A stretch of DNA of 64,000 nucleotides from Pirellulales bacterium (GCA_963733035.1 CAVTBU010000005.1:1792001-1856000), one strand, 5' to 3'. Positions 20,894-31,600 are shown, counted from the stretch's first letter. The notes: generated from the letters alone by a model not told the origin. A program made the numbers and translations.

Positions 20894-23515
20894 ATGAAAC
20901 GGTGTCGACGATCCCGGACAACGACGCAGTGGCATTCGTTGGTTCTATCCGTGGTACTGCTGGCGACCACCACCGGCTGCCTGCAGCAGCCGACGCAATC
21001 CGCGACGGATACCGAGCCAAGCGAGCCGCCGGCCAGCCAAACGAAGCAGTCGCCCCCTTTGGCCATGGCCGATGGACCGCAGACCGCCGGACAGCCCGGT
21101 TCGCCCGCCGCCACGACGACAATCCCCGGCAACCAGCTCCCGCCCCCCGACCCGAAATTCGGCGGCGCGATCAAAGAAAACGCGGCCCAGTCGAAGGCGT
21201 GGTGGGCGCCCCGCGTGGTGCCACCGAAGAAAGCGCCAAACATCTTGCTGATCATGACCGACGACGTTGGCTTTGGCGCGCCCAGCACGTTTGGCGGCGT
21301 CATTCCCACGCCGGCGCTCGATCGGATTGCCAGCAGCGGCCTGCGTTACACGAATTTCCATTCCACTTCGCTCTGCTCCCCGACGCGTGCCGCGCTAATC
21401 ACCGGCCGCAACCACCATTCCGCAGGCTTCGGCGTCATCTCCGAGCAGTCCACCGGCTTCCCGGGCTACAACAGCATCATCAATCGCGACAAAGCCACGA
21501 TCGGACGCATCCTGCTGGACAATGGCTTTGCCACCTCGTGGTTTGGCAAGAACCACAATACGCCGACGTTCATGGCGAGCCAGGTCGGCCCGTTCGACCA
21601 GTGGCCAATCGGCATGGGTTTCGAATACTTCTACGGCTTCGTCGGCGGCGACACCAGCCAGTGGCAGCCAAACCTGTTTCGCAACACCACGCCCATCTAT
21701 CCCTACATCGACAAGCCGGGCTGGAATCTCACGACGGCGCAGGCTGACGACGCCGTCAAATGGTTGAACGAAATCAATCAGATCGATCCCAGCAAGCCGT
21801 TCCTCTGCTACTTCGTGCCGGGGGGGACGCACGCGCCGCACCATCCCACGCCGGAGTGGATCAAGAAGATCAGCGACCTGCACCTGTTCGACAAGGGCTG
21901 GAATGCGCTGCGCGAGGAGATCTTCGCCAACCAAAAGCGACTGGGTGTGATTCCAGCCGACGCCAAGCTGACTCCCTGGCCGGATGACTTGCTCAAGCAG
22001 TGGGATCAATGCACCGCCGCCGAAAAGAAATTGTTCATTCGCCAGGTCGAGGTATATGCCGCGTATCTCGCCTACACCGACCATGAAATTGGACGCGTGA
22101 TCCAGGCCGTCGAAGACATGGGCAAGCTCGACAACACGCTTGTCATTTACATCAGCGGCGACAACGGCGGGAGCGTCGAAGGCACCCTGCTTGGCACGCC
22201 CAACGAAGTCGCGGCCTTCAACGGCATCAACGTTCCTGTCGACGTGCAACTTGAAAAATTCTACGACGTGTGGGGCAGCGACCAAACGTACAATCACATG
22301 GCCGTGCCGTGGTCCTGGGCGTTCGACACGCCGTTCCGTTGGTCCAAACAAATCGCTTCGCACTTCGGCGGAATTCGCCAGGGTATGTGCGTGTCGTGGC
22401 CTGGTCACATCGACGATGCGGGCGGTATTCGCCACCAGTTCCACCACGTGATCGACGTCGTGCCTACGCTTCTTGAGGTCTGCGGCATTCCGGCGCCCGA
22501 GCAAGTGGACGGCATTCCGCAAACACCGATCGAAGGCGTGAGTTTTGCCTACACGTTCGACAAAACCAAAGCGAACGCACCGTCCACCCACAAGACGCAG
22601 TACTTCGAAATGATGGGCGATCACGCCATCTACCACGACGGCTGGATCGCCAGCACCAAGGTGATTCGCCCCCCCTGGGAAATCGTCGGGCCGGTCAATC
22701 AGGATCCCTTCAACAACGTCACCTGGGAACTTTATGACCTGAGCAACGACTGGACGCAGGCGGATGACGTGGCCGCCAGCCACCCGGAGAAACTGGCTGA
22801 ACTCAAGCAACTCTTCTCGCGAGAGGCGGAAAAGTACCAGGTGCTGCCGCTTGATGCCTCGGTGGCAACACGCCTGGTGGCGCCGCGTCCGAATCTCACC
22901 GCCGGACGCAGCGAGTTCGTCTATACGGTTCCGATGACGGGCATTCCGCAGGGCGATTCCCCCGTGTTGCTTAACACGTCGTACACAATTACCGCCGAGG
23001 TGGAGATTCCCCAGGGAGGCGGCGAAGGCGTGCTGCTCACTTCCGGAGGTCGATTCGGCGGCTACGGGTTCTACCTGCTCAAGGGCAAGCCGGTGTTCGT
23101 CTGGAACCTGGTCGATCTCGAGCGGATTCGCTGGCAAGGCCCCGACGAGCTTTCGCCGGGCAAGCACACGATCGAGTTCGCCTTCACCTACGACGGTCTC
23201 GGCGCCGGTACGCTCGCATTCAACAGCATGAGCGGCATCGGCCGAAACGGTACCGGGGTGCTCAAGGTCGACGGCCAGCAAGTCGCCGCCCAGAAAATGG
23301 AACGCACGTTGTCGCTGATCATGCAGTGGGACGAGACCTTCGACATCGGCTCCGACACCGGCACGTCCGTCGACGATCAGGACTATCAGATCCCATTCGC
23401 GTTCAATGGCAAATTGAACAAGCTAACGCTCAAGATTGACCGGCCACAGCTGACGCCGGCGGACATCAAGTTGCTTGAGCAGGAGGGTCAGCGAAACAAC
23501 CGAGCCAGCGAGTAA
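20894..23515 (+). CDS. Arylsulfatase (Cys-type formylglycine sulfatase), probable lipoprotein
   Basis: PNILLIMTDDVG, CSPTRAALITGRN (CxPxR), FGKNH, GDNG, WELYDL. ATG 20894 follows AAGGAG. Confidence 0.93.
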   Translation: MKRCRRSRTTTQWHSLVLSVVLLATTTGCLQQPTQSATDTEPSEPPASQTKQSPPLAMADGPQTAGQPGSPAATTTIPGNQLPPPDPKFGGAIKENAAQSKAWWAPRVVPPKKAPNILLIMTDDVGFGAPSTFGGVIPTPALDRIASSGLRYTNFHSTSLCSPTRAALITGRNHHSAGFGVISEQSTGFPGYNSIINRDKATIGRILLDNGFATSWFGKNHNTPTFMASQVGPFDQWPIGMGFEYFYGFVGGDTSQWQPNLFRNTTPIYPYIDKPGWNLTTAQADDAVKWLNEINQIDPSKPFLCYFVPGGTHAPHHPTPEWIKKISDLHLFDKGWNALREEIFANQKRLGVIPADAKLTPWPDDLLKQWDQCTAAEKKLFIRQVEVYAAYLAYTDHEIGRVIQAVEDMGKLDNTLVIYISGDNGGSVEGTLLGTPNEVAAFNGINVPVDVQLEKFYDVWGSDQTYNHMAVPWSWAFDTPFRWSKQIASHFGGIRQGMCVSWPGHIDDAGGIRHQFHHVIDVVPTLLEVCGIPAPEQVDGIPQTPIEGVSFAYTFDKTKANAPSTHKTQYFEMMGDHAIYHDGWIASTKVIRPPWEIVGPVNQDPFNNVTWELYDLSNDWTQADDVAASHPEKLAELKQLFSREAEKYQVLPLDASVATRLVAPRPNLTAGRSEFVYTVPMTGIPQGDSPVLLNTSYTITAEVEIPQGGGEGVLLTSGGRFGGYGFYLLKGKPVFVWNLVDLERIRWQGPDELSPGKHTIEFAFTYDGLGAGTLAFNSMSGIGRNGTGVLKVDGQQVAAQKMERTLSLIMQWDETFDIGSDTGTSVDDQDYQIPFAFNGKLNKLTLKIDRPQLTPADIKLLEQEGQRNNRASE

Positions 23516-23596
23516 GGTCGCCACTGAACTTCCGCAAGCACTCTCGGATCACGGGGGTGCGTGGTAACTCGCCGCGCACGAGAGACGCCCTGTTTT

Positions 23597-24715
23597 TCAA
23601 AAGAACGTTAGCGCGACCACCAGCATAATCGCATTGAGCCCAAAATAAGTAAGTGGGAAGATCCACCGACAATTGCTGTCGATGCGATCGCCGCGCTGAT
23701 GGCCGCGACGGTCGACCGTGCCCACGTACAGGTTGATTACGACCGTGGCACACATCAGCACGAAACTCAGATTCAGAAACCCGTTCATCAACGTGAAGTA
23801 CGAGACGTTCGGAACGATGCCCCCCAGCGTGATCTGGTAGGCCACCGCCGTGAGGATCCCCACGAATGACACGGCCATGCGGTCGCCGACTGAGGAGCGG
23901 TCCATCCAGAACACCGACCAGGAGAGGATGACAATCAAGCAGAGTGGAACGACGACTAACCGTAGCATGAAGAGGGGCTGCCGGTTTACGTTCATGCTTA
24001 CGACCAGCGCCGACGCGTCGCCCATTCTGTCGGAATCCGCCGCGTTTAGCGTTCGATTCGACGCTTCGATCCCTTCCATGGTCCACTGTGCTAGTTTGGT
24101 TAGAGATCCGTCGGCGGATGCGGAGTTTGGCTCGCTTTTCAGCGCAACCTGACTGGCATCATAGCCGAAGACCCTGAACACTAATTCCAAGCGTTGGCGA
24201 TCGAACGGAAACCGCCTGATATCGAGATCCACTTTTGCGGCCGCCTCGAGTTCTTCGCTCAAGATGCTGGTTCCATCCGGCTTCACGCGTAGCAGGACCG
24301 CCCGACTGTCGTACTGGTCCAAGGCGTTGGCCAGCGTGACTTGGGGATACCAGCCGGGCGATATCTCATTGAACTGATACGAGCCCGAAAAAACCTTCTC
24401 GCTCACGCCCTCCTTGACCGGATCGAACGCCTGGCGTGCGTCCTTCCAAACTAGCGTGAGAACGCCCGAGAAGGCGACCTTTTCCGCTTCGTCGTCGATC
24501 TCGGTGATGCCGAGCAGTTGAAACGAAGCGCGAACCACCAGCGGTCCGTCGACTTTCGGAAAGCCGAGTAGAACCGAATCGCTCGCGGCCGCTGGCGGAG
24601 GCTCGGCGATCGGTTGGGCGGTGACCGCCGGCGAGCAGCAAACAATCATCACCGCAAGTCGCGCGACGCTGGCAATTCGCTTACGCATCGCGTCGCAGTA
24701 GTTCTTGAGATTCAT
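23597..24715 (-). CDS. Prokaryotic pentameric ligand-gated ion channel (GLIC/ELIC-like)
   Basis: Signal peptide, beta-rich extracellular domain with W.D.R and WYPQV, Pro-loop RRFPFDRQ, four TM helices, M2-M3 loop PNVSYFT, M4 RWIFP. Confidence 0.9.
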   Translation of the reverse strand: MNLKNYCDAMRKRIASVARLAVMIVCCSPAVTAQPIAEPPPAAASDSVLLGFPKVDGPLVVRASFQLLGITEIDDEAEKVAFSGVLTLVWKDARQAFDPVKEGVSEKVFSGSYQFNEISPGWYPQVTLANALDQYDSRAVLLRVKPDGTSILSEELEAAAKVDLDIRRFPFDRQRLELVFRVFGYDASQVALKSEPNSASADGSLTKLAQWTMEGIEASNRTLNAADSDRMGDASALVVSMNVNRQPLFMLRLVVVPLCLIVILSWSVFWMDRSSVGDRMAVSFVGILTAVAYQITLGGIVPNVSYFTLMNGFLNLSFVLMCATVVINLYVGTVDRRGHQRGDRIDSNCRWIFPLTYFGLNAIMLVVALTFF

Positions 24716-25030
24716 AGGCCTTCCCGAGCAGTTGAATTGGGTCCATCGGCCAGAGCAACTTGGCATCGGTCCGCCGCAGCGGCTCAGACCCGCCTGGTTT
24801 AGACCGTGGGCACTCGAAAGGACAGGTCGTTGTTGGAGATTGCCAAGAAGGTGATTAGATCAACCGACCGACGGTCCGAAAAGCACATCCGCGCTCAATT
24901 TTCCTGTAACAATCGACCGCGGCCCGCGCTGAAGATGGTATCCACAGCCAGGCATCACCCCCCGCGACCACTTATCCGGCGGCGCGATCGCTATGATCAG
25001 CGACTTCCACACCGTTTGTACAGAGTCCGA

Positions 25031-25060
25031 TTGAGCCCAACGGCAAAGAAAGCTTATAGT
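25031..25060 (+). promoter_or_regulatory. Putative sigma70 promoter
   Basis: TTGAGC-N18-TATAGT about 60 nt upstream of ATG 25123. Confidence 0.35.
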
Positions 25061-25122
25061 TCTTCCCTGCATCGTTCGATTTGAGACAGGCAGCTAACAC
25101 CCCCCGTTCAGGATGCACTGCA

Positions 25123-27867
25123 ATGACGACCGTCAACCTCGACCCAGCACGCACTCGCATTTTGTTGCTAGCCGTCTTGATGCTGCTGACCCTGGGTGTA
25201 ACCGGCGCCATCGCTGCCGAGCCGGCCACGCCGCAGGCCGCCGCTCGCGTGCTCGACCTGCGCACCTTTCCGCGGCCCAATGGGGCCGCCGAGAGTTCTC
25301 TAAGGACCCTCGGCATGCTGATGTACGAATCGCCCGTTTCGGCCGCGGCCGCCTTCGACTTCCAACAACAGCAGCTCACGAAGGCCGGCTGGAAGGTGCA
25401 GCCGGGCGCCTATCACGATGCCAACAACCATTCGGCGCAATTCAACAAGCAGGGCTACTCGCTCGCGGTTTCCACGTCGAGCGTGATGGGCGAACCCGAC
25501 AAGCAAGGCTGGTCGCGCATGGCGCTTATCAATCACGGCAACGTACAGGCCGCGAATCTGCCGGTGCCCAAGGGCGTCAAGCCGTTCGGATCCTATGGCG
25601 GCGACGCTTCGTACCTGAGCGATGCCAAGGTGGCCGACGCCGCCAGCGCGTGTCGCAAGTTGCTCACGTCCGCCGGCTGGACACCCTACGGCTCGGCCGG
25701 TAGCGACGACGCACCGATGATGTATTTCAAGAAGAACGCCATTCGGGTGATGGCCTGGATATCGACCGCGCCGGCCCAGGGCAACAAAACGATGATTCGC
25801 TACAGCACGGAACTGTTGTCGGCCGATCTGCCCGTGCCGCCCAATGCTCCGGATCCGCGCTACAACGACACCGACAAATCGCTGAGCTTCGACTTCCCCG
25901 GCGAAGACAGCTTGCCGGTTATCGCGTTCTACCAGGAGGCCCTGCCCAAGCTTGGTTGGCAGGCAACAACCGACAAGCCAATCCGCGACGACGGCAAGAG
26001 AACGGAGTTCCTCATTTTCCGCAATTCCGACCGCGACATGATCTCGCTCGATCTGGAACACTTCAACGAGATTGTGCGCGTCAAAGTTGAGTACGACACG
26101 GCCGCCGAAGTTCAGGAGGAAGAGCGCCTGGCCAAGGAAGCCGCCCGAAAAAAGTTGGCCGAGCGTGAAGCCGCCAGGTTGGCCGGTGACGACAAGCCCA
26201 CTCAGCCCAAGCTGCCCGCCGGCGTGGAGATTCCCGAACTGCCCGACACCGACGATGTCGGCGGCTTGCTCAAAGCCGCCCAAAAAATGGCCGACGACGC
26301 GATCGGCGAAGCCCGGCAGGCCGTCAAAGAAGCCGGTGGCGCTCCGCAAAAACCGGCCGCGCCTGCGGGTCCGGCACGCGTTGCCGACATCGCCATGCCC
26401 GACGGCGCCGGAGTCGAGTACAACAATATTGTCAAGATGATCAAGGTCACCAGCGCCGACGACGTTGCCACGCTCGCCAAGTTCTTCCTCGATTCGCTGC
26501 CCGCTGGCGGTTGGGCGGCAGCTCCGAATCCGCTCGTCACCGACGACTCCGCGATTCTGAAGTTCACGCGTGGCGAGGCCACGCTGACCATCATGGCGGG
26601 GGGCGAAGATTCCGGCAGCGAGGCCACCCTCATCTGCAAAGGCGTCAATTGGGACCAGGTCCCACCATCGCGCGCCGCGGCCAAAACGCCGGCCAAGGTT
26701 GCCAGCAGCGACAATAAAGCCGAGCTGCCCGCCGCCGATCACTCCGCCGACGACGAACCAAAACCAATCAAACTCAAATACGCGGCCAAAGTTTCGGCGG
26801 CCGAACAAAAGCAAACCGGCGCGACAATTGAGGCCGGCGGCAAGAAGTTCGCACTCGCCTATGGCGTGGCCTACCAGGCTGTCGACGACGGCCAGCAGAA
26901 AACCGAAGTCCTGCTGTCCACCAAGCCGATCAACGTCGACAAGCTCGTCGCCCTGCTCAACAACGGTCAGGACGGCGGCGACGCCATCAGCTTCGAACCA
27001 CAGCTCAAACTGCGCTACGACGCCGAAGGCAAGCTCAGCTACCTGTTTTTGTATGCCGACGGCCTCTCGGTAAACCTCAGCGGCCAGGGCGAGGATAAAA
27101 TCGAATCGCAACTCACGATCGACGGCGATCGCGCACGAGGCAAAACGCGCCTCGTGCAGCCTGGCAAGCTGTTCGACAATGAGTACACGTTCACCGCTCC
27201 GTTCGACGTGAAGCGGATCACCGGCACCGCCCCGTCAGGCAACGCCAATCCCGCCGAGCCGCCCGAGGCGCTGGCCGGCGAGGATTTCAACGGGCTGCCC
27301 GTACCGCTCATTACGACCAATCGATCGTCGACCGGCAGCCCATTTCGCAACACGATTGAGGTTTCGATCCCGGCGCCGCTGGCCGCGGTGGTCGATTTTT
27401 ACCGCACCGCGCTCGCCAAGTCCGGCTGGAAAGAAGACGCTCGGGCGGCAAAGCTGACGGGCGACGGCGCGACGCTCGCCTTCACCAGCAGCGAAGGCAC
27501 GCTCAGCGTCGGGCTCACCAGGCAGGACGACAAAACGCAAGCCACGCTCGCCGCTCGCTTCCCCGCGAAGGCGCAAGCCGCAGGCATCGCCCCTCAGGCC
27601 GGCAAGGGACGCCTGATCCTCGGCAACGCCGGCGACCGCGAAGTCGTCATCGTCATCAACGGCCAGCAATACAAGGTTGCCGCCGGCAAGGGCGCCCAAA
27701 ATCCCAAGGACGGCGTTTCGTTGCACGTGCTGCCGGGCAACTACAACGTCTCCATCAAATCCGCCGGCCAACAAGACAAAAGCGAAAAGCTGAAAATCGC
27801 CGTCGGCGAAACCTGGGGCGTCATCGTTTTGCCCACCGGCGGATATTTCGCCGATCAGGTGTATTGA
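25123..27867 (+). CDS. Large secreted hypothetical protein with five repeated '(F)Y...L...GW' domains
   Basis: Signal peptide (..GAIA-AEP), internal repeats visible by eye, strongly GC3-biased codons. Confidence 0.8.
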   Translation: MTTVNLDPARTRILLLAVLMLLTLGVTGAIAAEPATPQAAARVLDLRTFPRPNGAAESSLRTLGMLMYESPVSAAAAFDFQQQQLTKAGWKVQPGAYHDANNHSAQFNKQGYSLAVSTSSVMGEPDKQGWSRMALINHGNVQAANLPVPKGVKPFGSYGGDASYLSDAKVADAASACRKLLTSAGWTPYGSAGSDDAPMMYFKKNAIRVMAWISTAPAQGNKTMIRYSTELLSADLPVPPNAPDPRYNDTDKSLSFDFPGEDSLPVIAFYQEALPKLGWQATTDKPIRDDGKRTEFLIFRNSDRDMISLDLEHFNEIVRVKVEYDTAAEVQEEERLAKEAARKKLAEREAARLAGDDKPTQPKLPAGVEIPELPDTDDVGGLLKAAQKMADDAIGEARQAVKEAGGAPQKPAAPAGPARVADIAMPDGAGVEYNNIVKMIKVTSADDVATLAKFFLDSLPAGGWAAAPNPLVTDDSAILKFTRGEATLTIMAGGEDSGSEATLICKGVNWDQVPPSRAAAKTPAKVASSDNKAELPAADHSADDEPKPIKLKYAAKVSAAEQKQTGATIEAGGKKFALAYGVAYQAVDDGQQKTEVLLSTKPINVDKLVALLNNGQDGGDAISFEPQLKLRYDAEGKLSYLFLYADGLSVNLSGQGEDKIESQLTIDGDRARGKTRLVQPGKLFDNEYTFTAPFDVKRITGTAPSGNANPAEPPEALAGEDFNGLPVPLITTNRSSTGSPFRNTIEVSIPAPLAAVVDFYRTALAKSGWKEDARAAKLTGDGATLAFTSSEGTLSVGLTRQDDKTQATLAARFPAKAQAAGIAPQAGKGRLILGNAGDREVVIVINGQQYKVAAGKGAQNPKDGVSLHVLPGNYNVSIKSAGQQDKSEKLKIAVGETWGVIVLPTGGYFADQVY

Positions 27868-28024
27868 GTTCATCGCGAAACGGTGCCCGCGGAATCTAGC
27901 TCGCCGCCACGATTGCTCGTGAGGGTCGCCCTTTGAATAGTTAGCGAAGTTTCAGTTTTTCGTCTATACTTCGAAAAACGCCCCCCCCACCTTGAGAGGC
28001 AAACCCCCTTGGCAGGTGCATCCC

Positions 28025-31000
28025 ATGAACCGAAACACCCCGTTTCGCCTGCTTGAGAGCTTTTCGACCTCGGCACCGACCCCTGAACTGGTTCGGCGTA
28101 CTGTCTTACGGTTCGAGCCGCTCGAAGATCGCAAGATGCTGGTCGCGACGACGGTGTACGTGAATGACGACTGGACTGACATTGATAATCCGGGTGGACC
28201 GGTTCAAATCGGTGACTTCGTCCAAAGCTCCATCGGCACCGATGGGGTCTCCGTCATCGCCGAGTACGGTTTCGACGCCTTCGGCACGGTCGAGGGGAGC
28301 ACCCAACCAGGCGCTGCCACGATTTACGATGCCATTCAGGCCACGAGCACAGGCGGCACGCTGAATCTGTTGGGCGGCACCTATGCCGAGTCGGACATCG
28401 TCATCGATCGTCCCATGTCGTTCATTGGCCAGGGCACGACCGGCGCCACCGCCTCGGTGATCGTTCCGGAAGTGGTTTCGGCCGCTGTGCAAGAAAACTT
28501 CGGCGTCGGCACCCACTCGGGCATCATCATCTACTCGCCGACCGTCAACATTGCCAACGTCCGCGTCGACGGTGCCGGCAACGGTTCATTGGCCGGCAGC
28601 TACAACTTCCACCAGGGCATCACCACCCTCTACGACACGCAGAACGGTGGCGACTACAATTCGCTGCATAACGGTCTACTCCCCCTGATCCAACTGGGCG
28701 CGGACGGCAGCGGCGAGGGGGGTGCCGGCAGCTCGATTCCAGACATCTCGATCGACAACGTCTCGGTCAGCAACGCCTACTGGCATGGCGTCACGATCTC
28801 GGCCCTGCAGGACCTGGCGTTCGATCCCGGCTCTGCCGAAAACTACAACCTGCAGATCACCAATTCGCAAATCAGCGACATCGGTGATGTCAAAGACGTC
28901 AATCGCGTTGGTGTCCTGCTGCAGAACCTGACCGACGAAGACAATTCAATGGGCAATGCCCGTTATGTCACCGTGACGAATGCGGGCGTCGGTTTCAAGT
29001 CGAATGCATATGGCTCGAGTCCGGTCTTTGGCCAGAACCACGGTGCCACCAATCGGTCGTACCTGCGATACGACACGGCCATTGATCCGGTCGTATACGG
29101 CTTTGATGTCAATTTTGCCGACCGTAGCGACTCCTACGGCTGGCACGTCTCGGTCAGCAACCCGGCCAACACAGCGGTTGGTGTTCACCTCAACTACGCC
29201 CGCTCGCAACTGGTTGGAGCTGTGATTACCGGGGCCAAGATTGGTGTCGAGGTGCAGAACGCCCCTGTAGCGCCGACCGGCAACACGGTCTTTTCCGGGC
29301 TCGGTTGGGAAACGTCGATCACCGGTCCGGCCGGCGCGCCTGCCGGCTCGGTCGGCTCGCTCATCACCAGCGGTGCCGGCGACCAGTACGGCGTGGACAC
29401 GACCATCAGCCCCGACGTTGCAATTTCCGGCTTCGATACCGGCGTCAAGATTGAGCAGCCCAACATGCCTGCCAGCGGCCGGCCGAACACGGTGATCTGG
29501 GCTGGCAACACCTACTCGAACGGTGGGAAGACCGCCCGGCTTTCCGGCAACACCACCGACATTTCGGTCGGCAACAATGCCGTCCTGAGCGGTGCAGCGA
29601 ACGTCGCGGGGAGCATCGTGACCTCGGGCAACGCCACGGTCGATCCGCGGATGTACAACTGGAATCCGCAGAGCCCGTACTACTACGACGGCCCAGGTAA
29701 TTCCGGCAACGGCGCTGCCGCCCCGGCCAACGCCGACCAGTGGAACTCCGGCAACCTCACCCTGGGCAGCAGCTCGACCTACTCGGCCCTGCTCTCCGGT
29801 AAAACCGCCAGTGCCGACCTGTTCAACTTCAACAGTGCGGCGACCTACAACTTCGCCGCCCCGCCGTCCGATCCGGTCGATGGCGTGGTGGCACAGCCGT
29901 ACGGTGCTCTGTATGGCTGGTATGGGCACGTCACGCAGTCGGGCGACGGGGTTCTTAACGTCACCGGTGCCCCGAACGGCGACGGGTACGAGTACATGTT
30001 CGGCTCGAACAACACGCCGATCACCAGCGGTCCGAATGCCGGCCAGTACCAGCTCGTTGGCACCGACATTTCGGCGATGTCGCAAATCAACTTAAAGGTG
30101 ATGCTGAATCCCGACAACGAAAGTCATGCGTTTGTGTTCGGTTTGCTCGACTTCCGCGGCAACGCCAATGCCTGGACCGTCGACGCCACGCAACTCAGCT
30201 CGACAACCTGGACGACGCTCTCGTTCGACTTGTTGACACCCTCGATCGACCTGACCGGCCCCGATAGTCACCTCGACCTGACGAATGTCGCCGGCTGGGT
30301 GTTTGGTGGCGACCAGGGCCTGGCCAACGACATGCACACGGTCCCGACCAGCTTCCAGGTGGACGACATCAGTGTCTCCAGCGTGCCCAACAGCGAGCTC
30401 AACGTGACAGGTACGGTATCGTTGGGTGGAGCAGCTCTGAACGTCAATCCGCAAACTTCGCCCACGGTAGGCCAAACGTGGACCCTCGTTAACAACGATG
30501 GGGCCGATGCGGTCTCGGGCACGTTCTCCAACGTCGGGCAATTCTCGGTGTCCTATACCGGTGGCGACGGGAATGACGTCGTCACGACTCTCGGATGTAT
30601 TTGTCCCCCGCCGGACGTCCGCACTTACCTCTTCTACAACAACTCGGCCTACGACGCCAACACGCCCGGCATCAGCGCCTCGGACGACGCGGCGATCGCC
30701 ACGGACAAAACCCCCTTCAACGGCGTGGGGACCGCGCCGACCAGTGCGTTTGCCAGCTACAGCAAGGGCATCAACGGCATTATGGTGGATATCTTAAACC
30801 CGCCGGCCAACCTGTCGCTGTCCGACTTCACCTTCAAGGTCGGCACCAACAACATGCCCAATCTCTGGGCAAACGCTCCGGCTCCGACCGCCTTTTCGAT
30901 CAGGCCGGGCGCCGGTTATGCTGGCTGGGACCGGGTGGAAATCATCTGGGCCGACGGTGCCATTGCCAACGAGTGGCTGCAGGTCGTGGTCGAAGGAAAC

Positions 31001-31600
31001 GACGCGATCGGTGGCAACAACACCCATACGGGATTGGCGACCAGCGACGTGTTCTTCTACGCCAACCGCATCGGCGACAACTTCCTCGGCGAGCCGTCAA
31101 CGCTGGTGGTGACCAACGCGGGCGACGAGATTTACGCTCGTACCAACACGGGCTTCTTGTTGCCGGTCACCAACATCACGGACTTCAACAAGGACAAGTT
31201 CGTGAACGCGGCCGACCAGATTGTCGCCCGTACCAACGGCGGCTTTTTGACGCGCGTGATCAACTGGGTCCCGCCGGCAGCTCCCGTAGCCTCGCCGACG
31301 CTGGCCACCAGCAGCAACGACGGGACCAGTTCGGCCGTGGTATCGGCCCTAGCTGTTCAACGCCAGAGTAAGTTGGATCCGCCGACACGCAGCCCGCGGA
31401 ATTCAACTCTGGGCTCTTCCGGGACGGTGCCGAACCGAAACACGCACCATGCCACTACGCACGCGCTACGAAGTAGCGAGGACCTGGAACGTCTCGTTGC
31501 GTCCGCGGTGGAACCCTATGACGCCCCCGCGCTTGAATCGTCGCTCGACGACCTCCTGGCCGACGCTGGCAAAAACAAATCCGCCAAATCGCTCCTGTGA
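28025..31600 (+). CDS. Planctomycete extracellular protein (beta-helix/pectin-lyase-like repeats, C-terminal FYNNS/dockerin-like module)
   Basis: LRFEPLEDRKML planctomycete signature, TIYDAIQA..GG.L.L.GGTY.E beta-helix cap, SYTGGDGNDV, LFYNNS..DD.AIA.DK and DFNKD..VNAAD. Confidence 0.82.
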   Translation: MNRNTPFRLLESFSTSAPTPELVRRTVLRFEPLEDRKMLVATTVYVNDDWTDIDNPGGPVQIGDFVQSSIGTDGVSVIAEYGFDAFGTVEGSTQPGAATIYDAIQATSTGGTLNLLGGTYAESDIVIDRPMSFIGQGTTGATASVIVPEVVSAAVQENFGVGTHSGIIIYSPTVNIANVRVDGAGNGSLAGSYNFHQGITTLYDTQNGGDYNSLHNGLLPLIQLGADGSGEGGAGSSIPDISIDNVSVSNAYWHGVTISALQDLAFDPGSAENYNLQITNSQISDIGDVKDVNRVGVLLQNLTDEDNSMGNARYVTVTNAGVGFKSNAYGSSPVFGQNHGATNRSYLRYDTAIDPVVYGFDVNFADRSDSYGWHVSVSNPANTAVGVHLNYARSQLVGAVITGAKIGVEVQNAPVAPTGNTVFSGLGWETSITGPAGAPAGSVGSLITSGAGDQYGVDTTISPDVAISGFDTGVKIEQPNMPASGRPNTVIWAGNTYSNGGKTARLSGNTTDISVGNNAVLSGAANVAGSIVTSGNATVDPRMYNWNPQSPYYYDGPGNSGNGAAAPANADQWNSGNLTLGSSSTYSALLSGKTASADLFNFNSAATYNFAAPPSDPVDGVVAQPYGALYGWYGHVTQSGDGVLNVTGAPNGDGYEYMFGSNNTPITSGPNAGQYQLVGTDISAMSQINLKVMLNPDNESHAFVFGLLDFRGNANAWTVDATQLSSTTWTTLSFDLLTPSIDLTGPDSHLDLTNVAGWVFGGDQGLANDMHTVPTSFQVDDISVSSVPNSELNVTGTVSLGGAALNVNPQTSPTVGQTWTLVNNDGADAVSGTFSNVGQFSVSYTGGDGNDVVTTLGCICPPPDVRTYLFYNNSAYDANTPGISASDDAAIATDKTPFNGVGTAPTSAFASYSKGINGIMVDILNPPANLSLSDFTFKVGTNNMPNLWANAPAPTAFSIRPGAGYAGWDRVEIIWADGAIANEWLQVVVEGNDAIGGNNTHTGLATSDVFFYANRIGDNFLGEPSTLVVTNAGDEIYARTNTGFLLPVTNITDFNKDKFVNAADQIVARTNGGFLTRVINWVPPAAPVASPTLATSSNDGTSSAVVSALAVQRQSKLDPPTRSPRNSTLGSSGTVPNRNTHHATTHALRSSEDLERLVASAVEPYDAPALESSLDDLLADAGKNKSAKSLL

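Noticed and set aside
19260..27111. Long antisense ORFs (19260-21122, 21395-23281, 25300-27111; likewise 6085-7851 and 59624-61243)
   Set aside because: Shadow ORFs opposite well-supported genes, expected at high GC with strong codon bias.
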